Below, in pieces: positions 63,621 through 64,000 of a DNA stretch of 64,000 bases. The DNA is taken from positions 276,396,001 to 276,460,000 of the forward strand of contig OZ024742.1 of assembly GCA_964016885.1 (NCBI GenBank). The letters run 5' to 3'. The DNA is from Eledone cirrhosa (Eukaryota). The notes beneath the pieces were generated by a model that ran no database searches, was not told the DNA's origin, and was given only the letters and a program-made list of their open reading frames with translations. How positions within the stretch are numbered: position 1 is the first letter of the stretch; every line of letters begins with the position of its first letter. Both the position numbers and the translations under genes were made by a program.

Positions 63621-63783
63621 GTATATAAGCCGTTCTTTTAGTATGGCATTTCTCCACACCTCACCTGATATCATCCTGTTTCTTGGTGATCTAATGGATG
63701 AAGGCAGTATTGCAACTAATGAAGAATATGAATTATACTACAAAAGGTTGCAGAATATTTTCCAGGATGCTGCTGAAACGAAA
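63621..63783 (+). CDS. MPPE1-like metallophosphoesterase, coding exon 3 (gene continues beyond the window)
   Basis: Acceptor 'ttttctccAG' and donor GTGAGT; 'YISRSFSMAFLHTSPDIILFLGDLMDEGSIATNEEYELYYKRLQNIF' has the GDLxDEG motif. Confidence 0.9.
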
Positions 63784-64000
63784 GTGAGTTGAATACATGC
63801 TTAGTTTTTGGAAAATAATGTAGTTATAGTTGGATAGGACAGATAAAACTGACCATGCATCTAGAAAGTTCCTCTTTGAGGCACAAACCCGGACAAGGAT
63901 TTTTTGTAGAAGACCAGTAGTCTCCCACCTTGCTCAAGGACACAACACACTGCCCAGCCCAGCCCAGGAATTGAACTTACAACCTCCTGATTTTGAGCCC

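Overview
AT-rich, intron- and repeat-dense animal DNA; the SINE/RTE repertoire suggests an octopod cephalopod (inference). Two spliced genes are divergently transcribed. (1) A minus-strand three-exon gene (CDS 42377-42032, 23112-23051, ~21959-20698; about 555 aa) encodes a UPF0489/C5orf22-family protein with an N-terminal signal-anchor, and a 200-N gap hides the predicted HxDxHxD segment. (2) The 5' part of a plus-strand MPPE1/PGAP5/Cdc1-like metallophosphoesterase gene (probable non-coding exon ending 54324; coding exons 60227-60384, 63119-63226, 63621-63783) continues past the window. The rest is mostly decayed mobile DNA: RTE, CR1, Vingi, L1/Tx1, CRE and Penelope retroelements, tRNA-derived SINEs, piggyBac-type MITEs, and a DD46D mariner nested in a Chapaev3-like transposon. 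The most striking signal is at 4857-6200. Two related non-coding Penelope-like (retrozyme-like) elements sit in a (TA)n tract and carry three minimal type I hammerhead ribozyme motifs. All three use a U3:A8 core variant, and the two families show covarying stems, palindromic loop III and a conserved downstream splice-donor-like site. Coordinates of degraded repeats are approximate. No database searches were run.
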